From Dictyostelium discoideum (taxonomy: Eukaryota), in the NCBI GenBank assembly GCA_000004695.1, contig CM000151.3, positions 2,496,001 through 2,560,000 on the forward strand: DNA of 64,000 bases, read 5' to 3'. Of this stretch, positions 38,358-50,636 are shown in pieces. Position numbers and translations under genes: made by a program. Under the pieces are notes generated by a model that saw nothing but the letters and a program-made list of their open reading frames with translations, was not told where the DNA came from and did no database searches. The first letter of the stretch is position 1; every line of letters starts with the position of its first letter.

Positions 38358-39389
38358 AAAAAAAAAAAAAAAAAAAAAAACTAATTCCTTTATGTATTCT
38401 TTTTTAATTTTTTTATTATTTAGAATCGTTTTATATTCAACACTTGGTTTAATTTTAGTCTTATCAGTCTTTTTTAAATTCTTTAAATAGATAGTTTAAA
38501 ATTAAGAAATTAGACTTTTTCAAATCTTTTATAAAAACAAACAAAAAACAAAAATAATAAAATATAAACTACTGTAAAAAAAAAAAAAAAAAAAAATAAT
38601 CCCACTCTTTTTTTTTTTTTTTTTTTTTTAATTTATTTTTATCCTTTTTTTTATTTATTTTTATCTTTTTTTTTTATTTTTTTCCTTTTTTTTTTTGATG
38701 CTTTTTTGGGATCCAAAATTATAAAAAACAATAATAAAAAAAAAAAATTTATTATTTAAGAAATAGAAATCTTAATTTATTGAATTCTTAATGAAAATTA
38801 AAATATTTTTTTTTTTCTTAATTATGTAAATTAGATTCATCAATTAATTGTTTCTATTTCTCGAAATTATAATTCAAGTTCGCAATATTTCAATAATAGT
38901 ATTATTAATTATAAAAATAATAAAAATAATAGTAATAATATTAATAATAATAAAAATAAAAAACCAAGCTTTTCAATTCAATAAAAGTGCTATGTTGTAG
39001 TGAAATAGATCAAGAATTCCCAAACGAAGAAACATGAACAATGTGAAGATATTAATCCTTTCCTTTAAATATTTCTAATAGAAATAAATTTAAATTTATT
39101 TTTAACAATAAAAAAAAAAAATTATAAAAAAATTTATTTATTTAATAAAATATAAAAAGGAAAAGAATAAATAAAACAAAAGATTTATTCTTATTTTTTA
39201 TTTTTTTATTTTTTTGATTATTGGAATTTCTTTTTTTATTTTTATTTATTTATTTATTAATTTATTTATTTATTTTTATATAATATTTTCCAACCAATTT
39301 TTTAATATCTTCTTTAAAATTTATTTTTTAACAAGATACTTTCATTTCCTCAATCTGACATATCTTGTTTTAATTAAAAAAAATAATTG

Positions 39390-39425
<36 letters not shown>

Positions 39426-39483
39426 TTTTAAAAGATTTTGAAGCTCAAATTTGAAATTGTTTTATTTTCAAAGAAACTGGTTT

Positions 39484-39520
<37 letters not shown>

Positions 39521-39889
39521 GGGAGGAGACAGGGGGTTTAAAAATTGAAAATAATAATTCTTTTTTTTATATTTTTATTATTTGTTTATACCAAAAAAAA
39601 AAAAAAAAAAAAAAAAAGTTTCACAATTAGAATTACTTTTAATTTTTTTTTTTTTTTTTTATTATTATTATTAATTATTATGGCAATTGAATTCATTTAT
39701 TATTTTTGAGAAAAAAAAAAAAAAAACCAAACTTTTATATTTACTTCTTTTTGAATCTTTCCTATACTACTCTTTTTTCTTTTATTTTTTTTTTTTTACT
39801 TTTAACTTTTTTTTTTCATTTTAATTTTTTATTTTTTTTTTTTATTTTTTATTTTTTTATTTTTTTAATGTTTTATTCTTTTGTTAAAT

Positions 39890-39973
39890 TTATTTGGTTT
39901 CTGGTTGTTTAACTTCTTTTGCATCAGTTTGTTGACCCTTTGCCCAATCTGCAGAGTCAAAATATTTTTTATC
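39890..39973 (-). CDS. ENSA-like protein, exon 3 of 3 (DKKYFDSADWAKGQQTDAKEVKQPETK*). Total 58 aa, with the FDSxDW/Y Greatwall-site motif
   Basis: Acceptor ATTTTAG. KYFDSADW matches the conserved KYFDSGDY core of endosulfines. Confidence 0.4.
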   Translation of the reverse strand, partial: DKKYFDSADWAKGQQTDAKEVKQPETK

Positions 39974-40081
39974 CTAAAATAAATAAAAAAAAAAAAAAGT
40001 GAAAGAATACCTGTATTAATATCCAACATATTTAAATAAAAGTAAAAGGGGAGGGATAAAGATTAAAACTGTAATACAAAC

Positions 40082-40159
40082 TCTTTTTGATAAAAGTGTT
40101 GATGGAGTTGGTAATCTTCCATATTTATCAAAAAATTTCTTTTCTTCTTCGGTCATTGG
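40082..40159 (-). CDS. ENSA-like protein, exon 2 of 3 (PMTEEEKKFFDKYGRLPTPSTLLSKR)
   Basis: Acceptor TTTTATAG. Donor GTTTGT at 40081. Confidence 0.4.
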
Positions 40160-40317
40160 CTATAAAATAATATAAAATAGTTTATTATTAATATAAAATA
40201 ATTTCTATTTCCCTTTATTAAATTTAAATAGGGGAAAGGGGGTGTAAGTTCACAAAAAAAACAATGCACTTATAAAAATAGATTTTTAAAAAAAAAAAAA
40301 AAAAAAAAAATACTTAC

Positions 40318-40332
40318 TTTAGTTTCAGACAT
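40318..40332 (-). CDS. Endosulfine/ARPP-19 (ENSA)-like small protein, exon 1 of 3 (MSETK)
   Basis: ATG at 40332. Donor GTAAGT at 40317-40312. Confidence 0.4.
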
Positions 40333-40494
40333 TTTCTAAATTTATATATATATGTGTATTTGTTTAATATTAAATTTCAATAATTATTGATTTATAGGGT
40401 AGGTATAAGGTTGTTGATATTTTTTTTTTTTTTTAAAACTAATTTTGTGGTGTAATACAAATAAAATTTTCAAAAAAAAAAAAAAAAAAATTTT

Positions 40495-40537
<43 letters not shown>

Positions 40538-41015
40538 AATAAAAATAAAAATAAAAATAAAATTAAAAAAATTTAAAATTGTTATTTGAAATCCAAAGGA
40601 TTAGATTAAATTTATAAAAAAAAAAAAAAAAAAAAAAAAAACTTAGTTAATCCTATTAATAGAATTAGTTTTTTTAATATTTTATTTCCCTTATTTCTTT
40701 TTTTTTTTTTTATTAATTTAAATTATCTTTTTTTATTTTATTTTTTTTTATTTTTTTTTTTAAAAAATAGTTTTTTTTTTTTTTCATTTTTTTTTTTTTA
40801 ATTTAATTAATTTTTTTTTTTTTTTTTTTTTCTAACCCCATGAACAATTAACAAAAATAATTAAAAAATAAAAAATAATTAAAAAAAAAAAAAAAAAAGA
40901 AAGCACACATAATTTTTTTTATTTCATTTTTCTTTTTTAAATTTTTTTTTTTTATTTTTTATAAAAACAATATAAAATAAAACTCAATATTTCAATTTAA
41001 AAAAAAAAAAAAAAA

Positions 41016-41721
41016 ATGGATACAATAGTTTCATCCTCAACAACTAATCCACCAACAACAACAGAGTCAACAATAAATAGTATAATAACAACAACAGATT
41101 CTAATAGTAATAACACAAATGATAACACTACAACTAATACCACTACTACAACTACAACAACAACAACAACTAATATTATAAATGACTCTGATTTAAAAAC
41201 AAAAACAACCACAACAACAACAACAATAATAAATGAAGAAAATTCAAAAATTACAATAAAAACCAAATGGAATGGTAAAGAATATAAAGTATTGATTTCA
41301 AAGAGTTCAACAGTTTTTGATTTAAAGAGACAATTGGAAACAATGACAAATGTATTATCAAAGAGACAAAAAATTTTAGGATTATCAAAAGGTAAACAAC
41401 CAACTGATGAAATGATAATAGAATCATTATCAATTCAAGATAATCATAGTATCATTATGATGGGTACACCAGAGTCAAATATTATTGCTGACGTTCCAAA
41501 AACAAGTGGTGATACCGATGAGGTATTCAATGATTTCGAATTTGATTATATCCCAGATTCTGATGAAATCTCTCATATTGAAAAAAATAAAAATCAATTA
41601 CTTGCAATGATTGAACGTTCAAATGATATCTCTTTAATTAATGACCCAAGACCAAATAAAAAATTATTAGTTTTAGATTTAGATCATACAATTTTAGATT
41701 TTAAAGATCAAGATGTTGAAA
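41016..41721 (+). CDS. UBLCP1-like ubiquitin-like-domain-containing CTD phosphatase, exon 1 of 2 (T/N-rich leader, ubiquitin-like domain, start of FCP1-homology domain with DLDHT catalytic motif)
   Basis: ITIKTKWNGKEYKVLISKSSTVFDLKRQLE is a ubiquitin fold. LLVLDLDHTILD is the HAD/FCP1 DxDxT motif. Donor GTAAAT at 41722. Confidence 0.7.
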
Positions 41722-41818
41722 GTAAATAAAAATAAAATAAAATAAAATAAATAAAATAAAATAATATAATAAAATAAAATAAATAATTAATTTTTTTTTT
41801 TTTTTTAAATAAATATAG

Positions 41819-42306
41819 ATATGAAAAGACCACATTTAGAAGAATTTTTAGTACAATCCTATCAACATTATGATATTGGAATTTGGTCTCAAACTAGTTG
41901 GAAATGGATTGAAATTAAATTAACAGAGTTGGGATTATTAACTAATCCACGTTTTAAAATTTGTTTTGTAATGGATCAAACATTAATGTTTAAGGTAACA
42001 ACCTATAGAACCATCAATGGTAAAGAGAGAACTAAAATTAAACATAATGTAAAAGCATTGGAAGTAATTTGGAAACATCAACATTTAGGTAAATTCTTTA
42101 GTATGAAAAATACTTTACATGTTGATGATCTCTCCAAAAACTTTGCAATGAATCCAAAGAATGGTGTACATGTTCCACCTTTTAAAATTAAAGATGCTAA
42201 AAAGTATGGTGATAATGTCTTATTCCATCTAACAAAATATTTAAAATCAATTTCAAATGAAGAAGATATAACTCTTATTGATCATAAGGAATGGATTAGA
42301 AAAATT

Positions 42307-42312
<6 letters not shown>
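41819..42312 (+). CDS. UBLCP1-like phosphatase, exon 2 of 2 (KRPHLEEFL...IGIWSQTSWKWIE...). Total 399 aa
   Basis: Acceptor AG at 41817-41818. Phase-1 junction keeps frame. FCP1/SCP-type phosphatase domain continues. Confidence 0.7.
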
Positions 42313-42341
<29 letters not shown>

Positions 42342-42855
42342 TAAATAAATAAAAAAAGTTGTAATTTTTTTAAAAACAAAAAAAAAAGAAATAACTATAT
42401 ATTATGTTGTAGTAAATATATATATATATTTTTTTTTTATTAAATCTGAAAAGTAAAAAAACTAGGTGTTTTGGTCAAAAAAAAAAAATAAATTAAAACA
42501 AAAACAGGCAAAAAAAAAATAATTAAATTCTAAAATTAATTTTTTTTTTTTTTGGGAAATTATACCACCAAGATTTTTTAAACAAATCAATAATAATTTT
42601 GTTTGAAATTTCAATTGAAAAAATTATTCTTTTCATTTTAATATCAGCAAATATCCATATTTTTAACATTTTTTGTTTTGTTTTTTTTTTTAAATAATTT
42701 TTTATTTTATTTTTTAATTTTTTTTTTTTAAAACTCGAAAACAAACTTTAAAAAAAAAACGAACGACAAATTCTGAAAAATTTATTTATATATAATAATT
42801 TTATATATAGTTTAAACATTGATATTTAAAAAAAATAAAAAAAAATAAAAAAACA

Positions 42856-43512
42856 ATGACAATTTATAATTATAAAAATTATAATAATAAAATTAATGAA
42901 TCTACAGTTGAATTTTATATTGATGATAAAGTTGATGAATCAGAAAAAAAAGGATTAAATGTTAAAATTATTACAGATAGATTATTAATTAGAAATATAA
43001 CTAATGATATTAAAGATAGAGAAACTTTTTATCAATTATTATGTGATCCAGTGAATACAGTTAAATATGGCTATGGAGTTCAAACAAAGGAGCAAGTTGA
43101 CCAAGATGTTGATCAATGGATAGAAGGTTGGAAAAATCAAGATGTTTGTAATGGTTTAATGGTATTTAATAAATTAAATAATGATTTCATTGGTCATGTA
43201 ATGTTTATGTATGGTAAAGTTGATGGTGAAGCTGAATTGGCAATTATAATAGATAAAAATCATTGGGGTAAAGGTTATGGTTCAGAAATGTTAGAAGTAT
43301 TAGTACATTGTATGTCTGATGCAATTAAAAAAGAAAATCATTTAATTTCAACCGGTCCAGGTTTAATTGGAAAACCATTATATACAATTTATGCAACTGC
43401 CAGAATTGATAATTTTGGTTCTTTATCAATTATTCAAAAAGCTGGTCTTAAATATTATCATCAAGAAATGTTATATGGTTTTGAAAGAAAATTTTTTAGA
43501 ATTGATTTATAA
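42856..43512 (+). CDS. GNAT-family N-acetyltransferase (RimJ/RimL-like), 218 aa
   Basis: LLIRNIT..D.....L, HVMFMY...GEAELAIIIDKNHWGKGYGSE acetyl-CoA-binding region typical of Acetyltransf_3. Confidence 0.6.
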   Translation: MTIYNYKNYNNKINESTVEFYIDDKVDESEKKGLNVKIITDRLLIRNITNDIKDRETFYQLLCDPVNTVKYGYGVQTKEQVDQDVDQWIEGWKNQDVCNGLMVFNKLNNDFIGHVMFMYGKVDGEAELAIIIDKNHWGKGYGSEMLEVLVHCMSDAIKKENHLISTGPGLIGKPLYTIYATARIDNFGSLSIIQKAGLKYYHQEMLYGFERKFFRIDL

Positions 43513-43801
43513 AAAAAAAATAAAAAAAAATATATATAGCAATAAAAAATAATAATAATAAAAATAATAAAAATATAATAAAATATAAATAGTAATTGTT
43601 TGAATAATGAATTTGTATATATAAAGTTTGAAAAAGAGTTATTAAAAAATAAAAACAAAATGTTACCCTAAAAAAAAAAAAATCTACACTTTTTTATTTA
43701 TTTATTCACTTTTTATTTATTTATTTATTCACTTTTTTTTTTTTTTTTTGATTTATTAATTCTTGATTAGAATTTATTTATTTATTTATTATTTTTTTTT
43801 T

Positions 43802-45126
43802 TTAATTATAAAAATTAAATAAATAATCAATAGTTAAAGAATATTGTTTTAATTGTTGATAAATATGATGAATTAAATTTGGAATTTTTGATTCAAAATA
43901 TAATAAGATAGAATCTTGACTTGATAAATACTCTAAAACTTCTAAATTTGGACGTGATTGTTGATTTTGAAATTGTTGAATGATTGCTCTTTTAATTTCT
44001 TTATGATGAGCAATTGTATTTCTAATGAATCTAATTAAATCTCTAACTTTATCATATTGATATGAAATGGTTATTTTTGAACCTTTTGTTGGTGTTAAAA
44101 GATTGGTTACATCAATTAAATGATTCCAAGAATCATTTAAAAATGGTTCATCATTATCATCACAATGATTTAATTGTTTTGTTAACTTTGAATTGTAACT
44201 TGAGTTTGAAGGTTCTTTAATTAAATTTAAAGCTGCATCAATGAATTGTATTTTCTTTTCTAAATTCCAAAACAATGGATGATTTAAAACATTTTGGATG
44301 GTTGGTCTAATTGATTCATCTTTTGAAATCATTGATTTAATTAAAGTACAAGCCAATTGATTTGAATTCAATGGAGTTAGATTCATTTTATTTGAAATTA
44401 TATTAACTATACGAAATAATTTATCATTACCAAATGGATGTTGACCATTTGTTAAAAGATAAAATAAAATACAACCCAATGAAAATATATCGACAGATTT
44501 TGTCATTCTTTTACTTTGTAATACTTCAAATGGATGATAACCACCTTGACCTGTTGGTATATTACTTGTAAATGAATATGATGATTCAACTTCCATTTTA
44601 CTTAATCCAAGATCTGATATAATGAATGAGTTATTTGAACTATTATTATTATTACTAGTTTTACCAATTAATGTTAAAATATTACGTGGATTTAAATCAT
44701 TATGAACAATATCATGAGAATGAAGGAATTGAATACCAAAGAGAATATCTTTTGCAAGTTCAATAATTGATTTGTTTGATGAAATAACAAAATCATTTAA
44801 TTTACCACTTTCAACTAAATTCTGTAATGATCCATCACATAATGTTAAACCTAAATATACATGAAGTTTATCTTCCTCTTTATCAATATATCTAATCATA
44901 TTTGAACAATTTTTACTTGTTAATGAAATTAATGCTTCAACTTCTTTATTGATAAGTGGATTGAATGCTTTTTGCATTTGTTTAATTGCAACTGGTATTT
45001 TATCACTCCATAAACCTTTAAATACTAATGTACCATTTGAACCTCTACCTAATATATTTGATTCATTTCTATTAAATTTAAATTTACCAATTGATACAAA
45101 ATCTTCATCTTGAATTATATTATTTA

Positions 45127-45198
<72 letters not shown>

Positions 45199-47927
45199 CA
45201 TTGATTAAATTTTGTTTTTTATTATTTTCAATTATTAATTTTTTAGTTTGTTCATTTTTGAATTGTGATGTAATTACTTTTGCTGGTGTTGTTGTTGTTG
45301 GTGTTGTTGATGTTGTTATTGTTGATTTTGATTTTTTATTATCCTTTTTAACAGAAATCCAAGATGGTTCACCAATTCCACCCCATTTCATATTACTATT
45401 AATTTGTTTTTTATTAATATTAATCTCTTCATATTCATCAATTGTTTCCATTTCTTTTTTCTTTTGATTTTCTTCTTCTAATTGAATTTCAATAATTGAT
45501 TGAATTTTCTTTACAGAATCAATTGGAGTTTCAATTGATGATTTTAATAAAACTACATTATCATTTTTTGGTTCTAAAATTGGTGTTATTGATTCTAATT
45601 GAATAGTTAATGATGATGATGGTTGTTGTTGCTGTTGTTTTAATAATTGAAGTGGTGGTGGTTGTTGTTGTTGTTGATTTAATAATGGTAATTGAAAATT
45701 TTGAATTTCTTTAATTTCTAATTTTTTATTAATTTCATCAATTTTTAATTGATTTTGTTGAATATTTTTATTAATTTCATCAATTTCTTGAATACTTTTT
45801 TGTTTAATTTCATCAATTTCTTTTTGTTTTAATAATTCAAATTCTTTTTCTTTTTGTTTTGATAATTCTTTTTCTTTTTCTTTTTGTTTTTGTTTTTCAA
45901 TTAATTTTTGTTTTTCATCATCTTGAAGTTTTTTATATAATCTTTTTCTTTCCAATTTTTGTAGTTTCTTTTCTCTTTTTTTCATTTGTTCTTCAAGTTG
46001 TTTTTCTTTTTGTTTTTCAAGTTTAATTAAGAGTAAGTCTTGTTTTTCTTTTAATCTTTTCTCTCTTTTTAATCTTTTTTTAATTTTTTCTTGTTGTTTT
46101 TGTTTCTTTCTTTTTTCTTCAAGTTCCAACTCTTCCAATAGTTCAGATTCAGCGATTCTAGATTGATTTTCTCTCTTTGAAAAAGTTAATAGCTTTCTTG
46201 CCATTTGTTTTAATTGTTGATCATTGAAAACATTTGAATTTTCAAAACAAGTTTCTAAAGCCGACAAATAATCTTGATCAGAATTTGAAAAGTTTGAAGT
46301 GAAACCAAAGAAATTAACACTACTTGAATCATCATCTTCAAAATTAATTAAATCATCTTCAAAATTATTTCTAATTATATCTGAACAACTTAAAAAAGTT
46401 TTAAAAATTAATGGTACTGGTATGATTGATAATAATAATCTTGGATTTAAATCAAAGAATTTATAAAACATTGGACGTTCTTTTAAATTTAAAATATCAC
46501 TACCAATATAAGCAAAGAAAACCAATGGAATACTTTGTTTACTCCATCTATTTGGTGTTGAAACCATTGATTCGCAAAGCATAAAAGTTTTAAAACTATC
46601 ATTTTGAACTAATAATGATTCTATCATTTGAATTTCTTCAATTAATGTTGAAAGTATTAAAATTCTTTGAGAAACACCCATATGATTACAAACTAAATTT
46701 GATAATAAAGCAATAATAGTTGTTGACGGTGCATTATATTTTAATAATCTTGAAATCATTGAATCAACTTTATAATTTGAAAATTCTATTAAACTTTCTT
46801 CTTTAATACTATTTTCATCTTCATTATGATCACCATCATTATTATTATTATTATTATTGTTACAACCAGAATGATGATCATCATCATCATCATAATCATC
46901 ATAATCATCATCATCATGATTATTATTATTAATTGATCTAATTGATATATGATATCGTTCTTTTAAAATTAAATCTTCAATTTCATTAATTTCAGTATTA
47001 AAATGAATTAAATTTTTTGTAAATAAATTAATATAATCTTTTTGTTTATCAATTGGAATTTGATGATTATTAAAATCAAAAGAACAATTTAAAATTCTAA
47101 AATGATTTTCAATTGGATTTAGCGAAGATCTTGATTCAATACCCCATAAACTATTTCTTGATGGTATTGAAGTTATAAATGTTGGGAATTTTGAAATTAA
47201 AAGTTTTGCAACATTGATACTAAAGTTTGTAGTTGTAAACTCTAATAATCTAACGAGATCAATCGATAAATTTGAATTGGTTGATGTTTTAGTTCTTTTA
47301 TAATTTTCATTTGCATCTGATGATGGATGAATTGAAAAATTTAATTTATTATTAACCTTATCCAATTTGAAAAATTCAATTAAAAATTTGGAAGCAATTG
47401 AAAATGAATCAAAATTACAAATTAATCTCCAAACATTCTCCAATTGTTCATAACTATTTGAATCGATTAATAATGTTGAAATGAATAAATCTGAGCAATC
47501 ACTTTCAATTATACCAACCAATGATAACTGGTCACTTTTATAACGATAAATGTAATCTAATTTCTCCGATTTCCAAACGCCATTACAAACGATTCTTTTA
47601 TAAACTTCATTATTTAAATGCAATGCTTTCTTGAATTGTTGATATCTTTGTTGATAGGTTTTTTGTTTCCATTGCTCGATTGGTTTAATAAGATTACAAT
47701 AACTACGTACTTGAAATGAAATACCTCTAACAATAAATTCAATAATATCCATTGATAAATAATCTTTAAAACAATTTAAAAAATTAAAAACAATTGATGA
47801 ATTTTGATTCTTTTCTTCGCTACCATTATTATCTTTTTCAAAATAATCACAAATTACATGTTTATTAATTTCTTTTGAATTTTTTAAAATTTCTAAATAT
47901 TCTTTTAAATTTTTATTTAAAAATTTA
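43802..47927 (-). CDS. IRE1-like protein: C-terminal Ser/Thr kinase domain followed by a KEN (kinase-extension nuclease) RNase domain. Preceded by a long Lys/Glu coiled-coil and an unrelated N-terminal region. No signal peptide or lumenal sensor domain. Exon 2 of 2, or a single exon starting at ATG 47752
   Basis: [49 protein letters not shown] kinase motifs. KEN-like tail PLFW...[19 protein letters not shown]. Dictyostelium has an IRE1-like (irl) gene family (established). Confidence 0.8.
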
Positions 47928-48006
47928 CTTTTTTTTTTTTAATTTGTTTAATTATATTATATTATTAAATTAAAAAAGTTATAAAAAAATTATATATTTT
48001 TATTAC

Positions 48007-48227
48007 CTTTCATTATAAAAAATTATTTTAAATTGATCTAATGAATTTAAATTTTCATTTTCGTCATATTTTAATTTACTACATAAATTAATTAAACATT
48101 CAAGTACAGTTGAATGATAATGTTGTTTTTTAAATGGGAAAATAAAAATATTTTTTTGAATATGATGATGAACTTTAATTAAGTCATATTCATAATCAAT
48201 TATTAAATTATTTAATAATGAATTCAT
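48007..48227 (-). CDS. Probable exon 1 of the IRE1-like gene (MNSLLNNLIIDYEYDLIKVHHH...FYNE + 2 nt)
   Basis: Donor GTAATA at 48006. 79-bp AT-rich intron. Acceptor AAG at 47929-47928. In-frame continuation through non-repetitive coding-looking sequence upstream of ATG 47752. Confidence 0.4.
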
Positions 48228-48303
48228 TCTCTTCTTTTTTTTTATTATTATTTTTTATTATTATTTTTCTTTTTTTTTTTTTTTCAAAGGTTTATTATTA
48301 TTA

Positions 48304-48335
<32 letters not shown>

Positions 48336-48711
48336 TTATTATTATCTCTATTACTATTTTGGTGATTGTATTTATGAGGTTAATAAAAATGAAAAAAAAA
48401 AAAAAAATTTTAAAAAAAAACCAATAAAAAAAAAAACAAAAAAATAGTGTATCCAGAATTTGGTGTTTTTTTTTTTTGAATTCTTGGAAATTTGAAAAAA
48501 ATGTCTATTTTTATTTTTATATTTTTTGATTACATCTAATATTTATAATTTAAAAAAAAAAATTTATATTAGAAAGGTAGTAAAAAAAAAATAAAAAAAT
48601 AATAAAAAAAAATAAAAAAATAAAAATAAATTCTTAAAAAAAAGAAAATTGTTTATTTGTTTATTTTTTTTTTTTATTATTTCAAAAACATCTTACTTTT
48701 TTTTTTTTTTT

Positions 48712-49626
48712 TTATAAATTAATTTTATTAAAATCAATTGATAATAATTTACAAGTTTTATTCCATAAATTAATAGTATTATTTGGATTTGAAGCAAATT
48801 TTGAAGGTTCAGTAATTTTTGTTAAAGTAAAGTATTTACCTTTTTCATTTAATTTATTTAAAGTTAAATTTGCTAAAGCACTACCCATATCATCTAATTT
48901 ATTACCTTTGAAATAAACCAACACTGGTAAAACTAAATTATTTGCAAACCAACCATGCTTTTCGAATAAATGAGTTACAGCGAAACCAGGATGTAGTGAA
49001 TTCACTTTAATATCACTACCCTTTTCAATTAATTTATTTTGTAACTCTTTAGAGAATAAAATATTATATAATTTAGATTTGGAATATTCATAATTACTAC
49101 TTGAGAAATCAGTATTGTTTTTATCTTCTTTGCCTAAAGTTTGCTCAAAATCCAATTGTGTCACTCTGTCATGCATTTTCGATGCGACGAATACTATATT
49201 ACCACCATGCTTTGATTGATTTAATTTTGGTAATAATAAAAGTGTTAATAATGATGGACCCAAATGATTTACACCCATTGTCGATTCGTAACCGTCTGAT
49301 GTGGTTTTAAATTCCGTATTGATTAAACCTGCATTGTTAACTAATATATCCAATGGTTCATTCAATTCATTAAATTCTTTAACAAATTCTTTAATTGATT
49401 CAAATGATGATAAATCCATTTTCATTAATTTTATATCAACATTTGCTTTAATTTCTTTTAATTCTTTTACAACTTTTTCACCTTTTTCAATATTTCTAAC
49501 TGGTAATATAAATTTTAAATTATCTTCTAAAATTAAATAATTTAATGAATTACGACCAATACCATCTGTACCACCTGAAAATATTATAACTTTTTTATCT
49601 AATAATGATGATGATGATGATTCCAT
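48712..49626 (-). CDS. Short-chain dehydrogenase/reductase (SDR) family oxidoreductase, 304 aa
   Basis: TGGTDGIG cofactor motif, NNAG, YEYSKSK catalytic Tyr/Lys. Confidence 0.8.
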   Translation of the reverse strand: MESSSSSLLDKKVIIFSGGTDGIGRNSLNYLILEDNLKFILPVRNIEKGEKVVKELKEIKANVDIKLMKMDLSSFESIKEFVKEFNELNEPLDILVNNAGLINTEFKTTSDGYESTMGVNHLGPSLLTLLLLPKLNQSKHGGNIVFVASKMHDRVTQLDFEQTLGKEDKNNTDFSSSNYEYSKSKLYNILFSKELQNKLIEKGSDIKVNSLHPGFAVTHLFEKHGWFANNLVLPVLVYFKGNKLDDMGSALANLTLNKLNEKGKYFTLTKITEPSKFASNPNNTINLWNKTCKLLSIDFNKINL

Positions 49627-49890
49627 ACTATTTTAAATATACAATTTTTATGAAATACAAATAAAAAATAAAATTATAAGCGGGGTTCTGTACACACAAT
49701 CTATGAAAAAAAAATAAAAAATAAAAAAAATAAAAAAAATAAAAAAAAAAATTTTGGAAATTAAAAAAAAAATTAAAAAAAAAAGATTTATTTATTTTTA
49801 TTTTATATAACATGAATATTAAATAAAAAATAAAATTAAAATAAATTAAATTAAAAAAAAATTCAGAGAATATTCGTTTATAAACACACC

Positions 49891-49920
49891 CCTGTACCCC
49901 TGTACCCCTCCCCCTTTTTT
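49891..49920 (+). promoter_or_regulatory. C-rich element CCCCTGTACCCCTGTACCCCTCCCCC in the divergent intergenic region between the SDR gene and gene 49999
   Basis: Conspicuous GC-rich block inside >85% AT promoter DNA. Function inferred only. Confidence 0.3.
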
Positions 49921-49998
49921 GTTTTTATTTATAGTTATTATTTCACTTTAAAATAAAAAAATAAAAAAAAAAATAAAAACAAAAAAGAAATAAAAATA

Positions 49999-50529
49999 AT
50001 GTCAAACGCTATTTCGCAGTGGTTAAATAGATCATATCTAGCATCAATACCAAAGAAATATTTAGTATATATAAAAGAAAGAGATATTACAATTAAATAT
50101 GGGAACCCACCAGACACATTAGTGACAGGTAAATCAGGTTGGGTAAGTTTATTAACAGATAATATTCAAACTGTAAGATATGCAATGAGAGATTTCAATG
50201 ATGCTGCTGTAAAAAATTCAACAATTATTAAAATCTCTTCAAAATTACAAATGAACCCTAAACAATTCATGAAAGCAATGCCTAAAGAACTCTCTCAAAA
50301 GTTAGTCAAATTAAAAGATGACAGCCCAGAATCAATATCATTCACATTCGTTGACCTTGATGATAATTGGGAACCAGATGAATCACTCCTCTGTAAAGAC
50401 TTTATTATCTCCAACCTGTCAAAACTCCAAAAAGAAAAATTCAAAGAACAAGAAGATATACAATTACTAGAACTACAACCACAACCACCACCAGAACTAC
50501 AACAAGAAGAAAAACAAAAACAAAAATAA
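49999..50529 (+). CDS. Hypothetical protein, 176 aa, acidic coiled-coil C-terminus
   Basis: Intact ORF with non-repetitive composition. No family recognised. Confidence 0.55.
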   Translation: MSNAISQWLNRSYLASIPKKYLVYIKERDITIKYGNPPDTLVTGKSGWVSLLTDNIQTVRYAMRDFNDAAVKNSTIIKISSKLQMNPKQFMKAMPKELSQKLVKLKDDSPESISFTFVDLDDNWEPDESLLCKDFIISNLSKLQKEKFKEQEDIQLLELQPQPPPELQQEEKQKQK

Positions 50530-50636
50530 TAATAAAAAAAAAAAAAAAAAAAAAAAAGTTAATGTGTAAAATGAAAAAGAAAATATTTGATTAAAAAAAA
50601 AAAAAAAATTATTTTTTATTAAATTTATAATTTTAT

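Noticed and set aside
39515-39540. G-rich tract AAAGGGGGGAGGAGACAGGGGG as a G-quadruplex or regulatory element
   Set aside because: Single isolated occurrence with no second copy or positional relation to a start site, so a function cannot be supported.
39706-39912. Track ORF 39706-39912 (+) in the ENSA-like gene region
   Set aside because: Phe/Leu-rich translation of an AT-rich poly-T region on the opposite strand of the real exon 3. No coding character.
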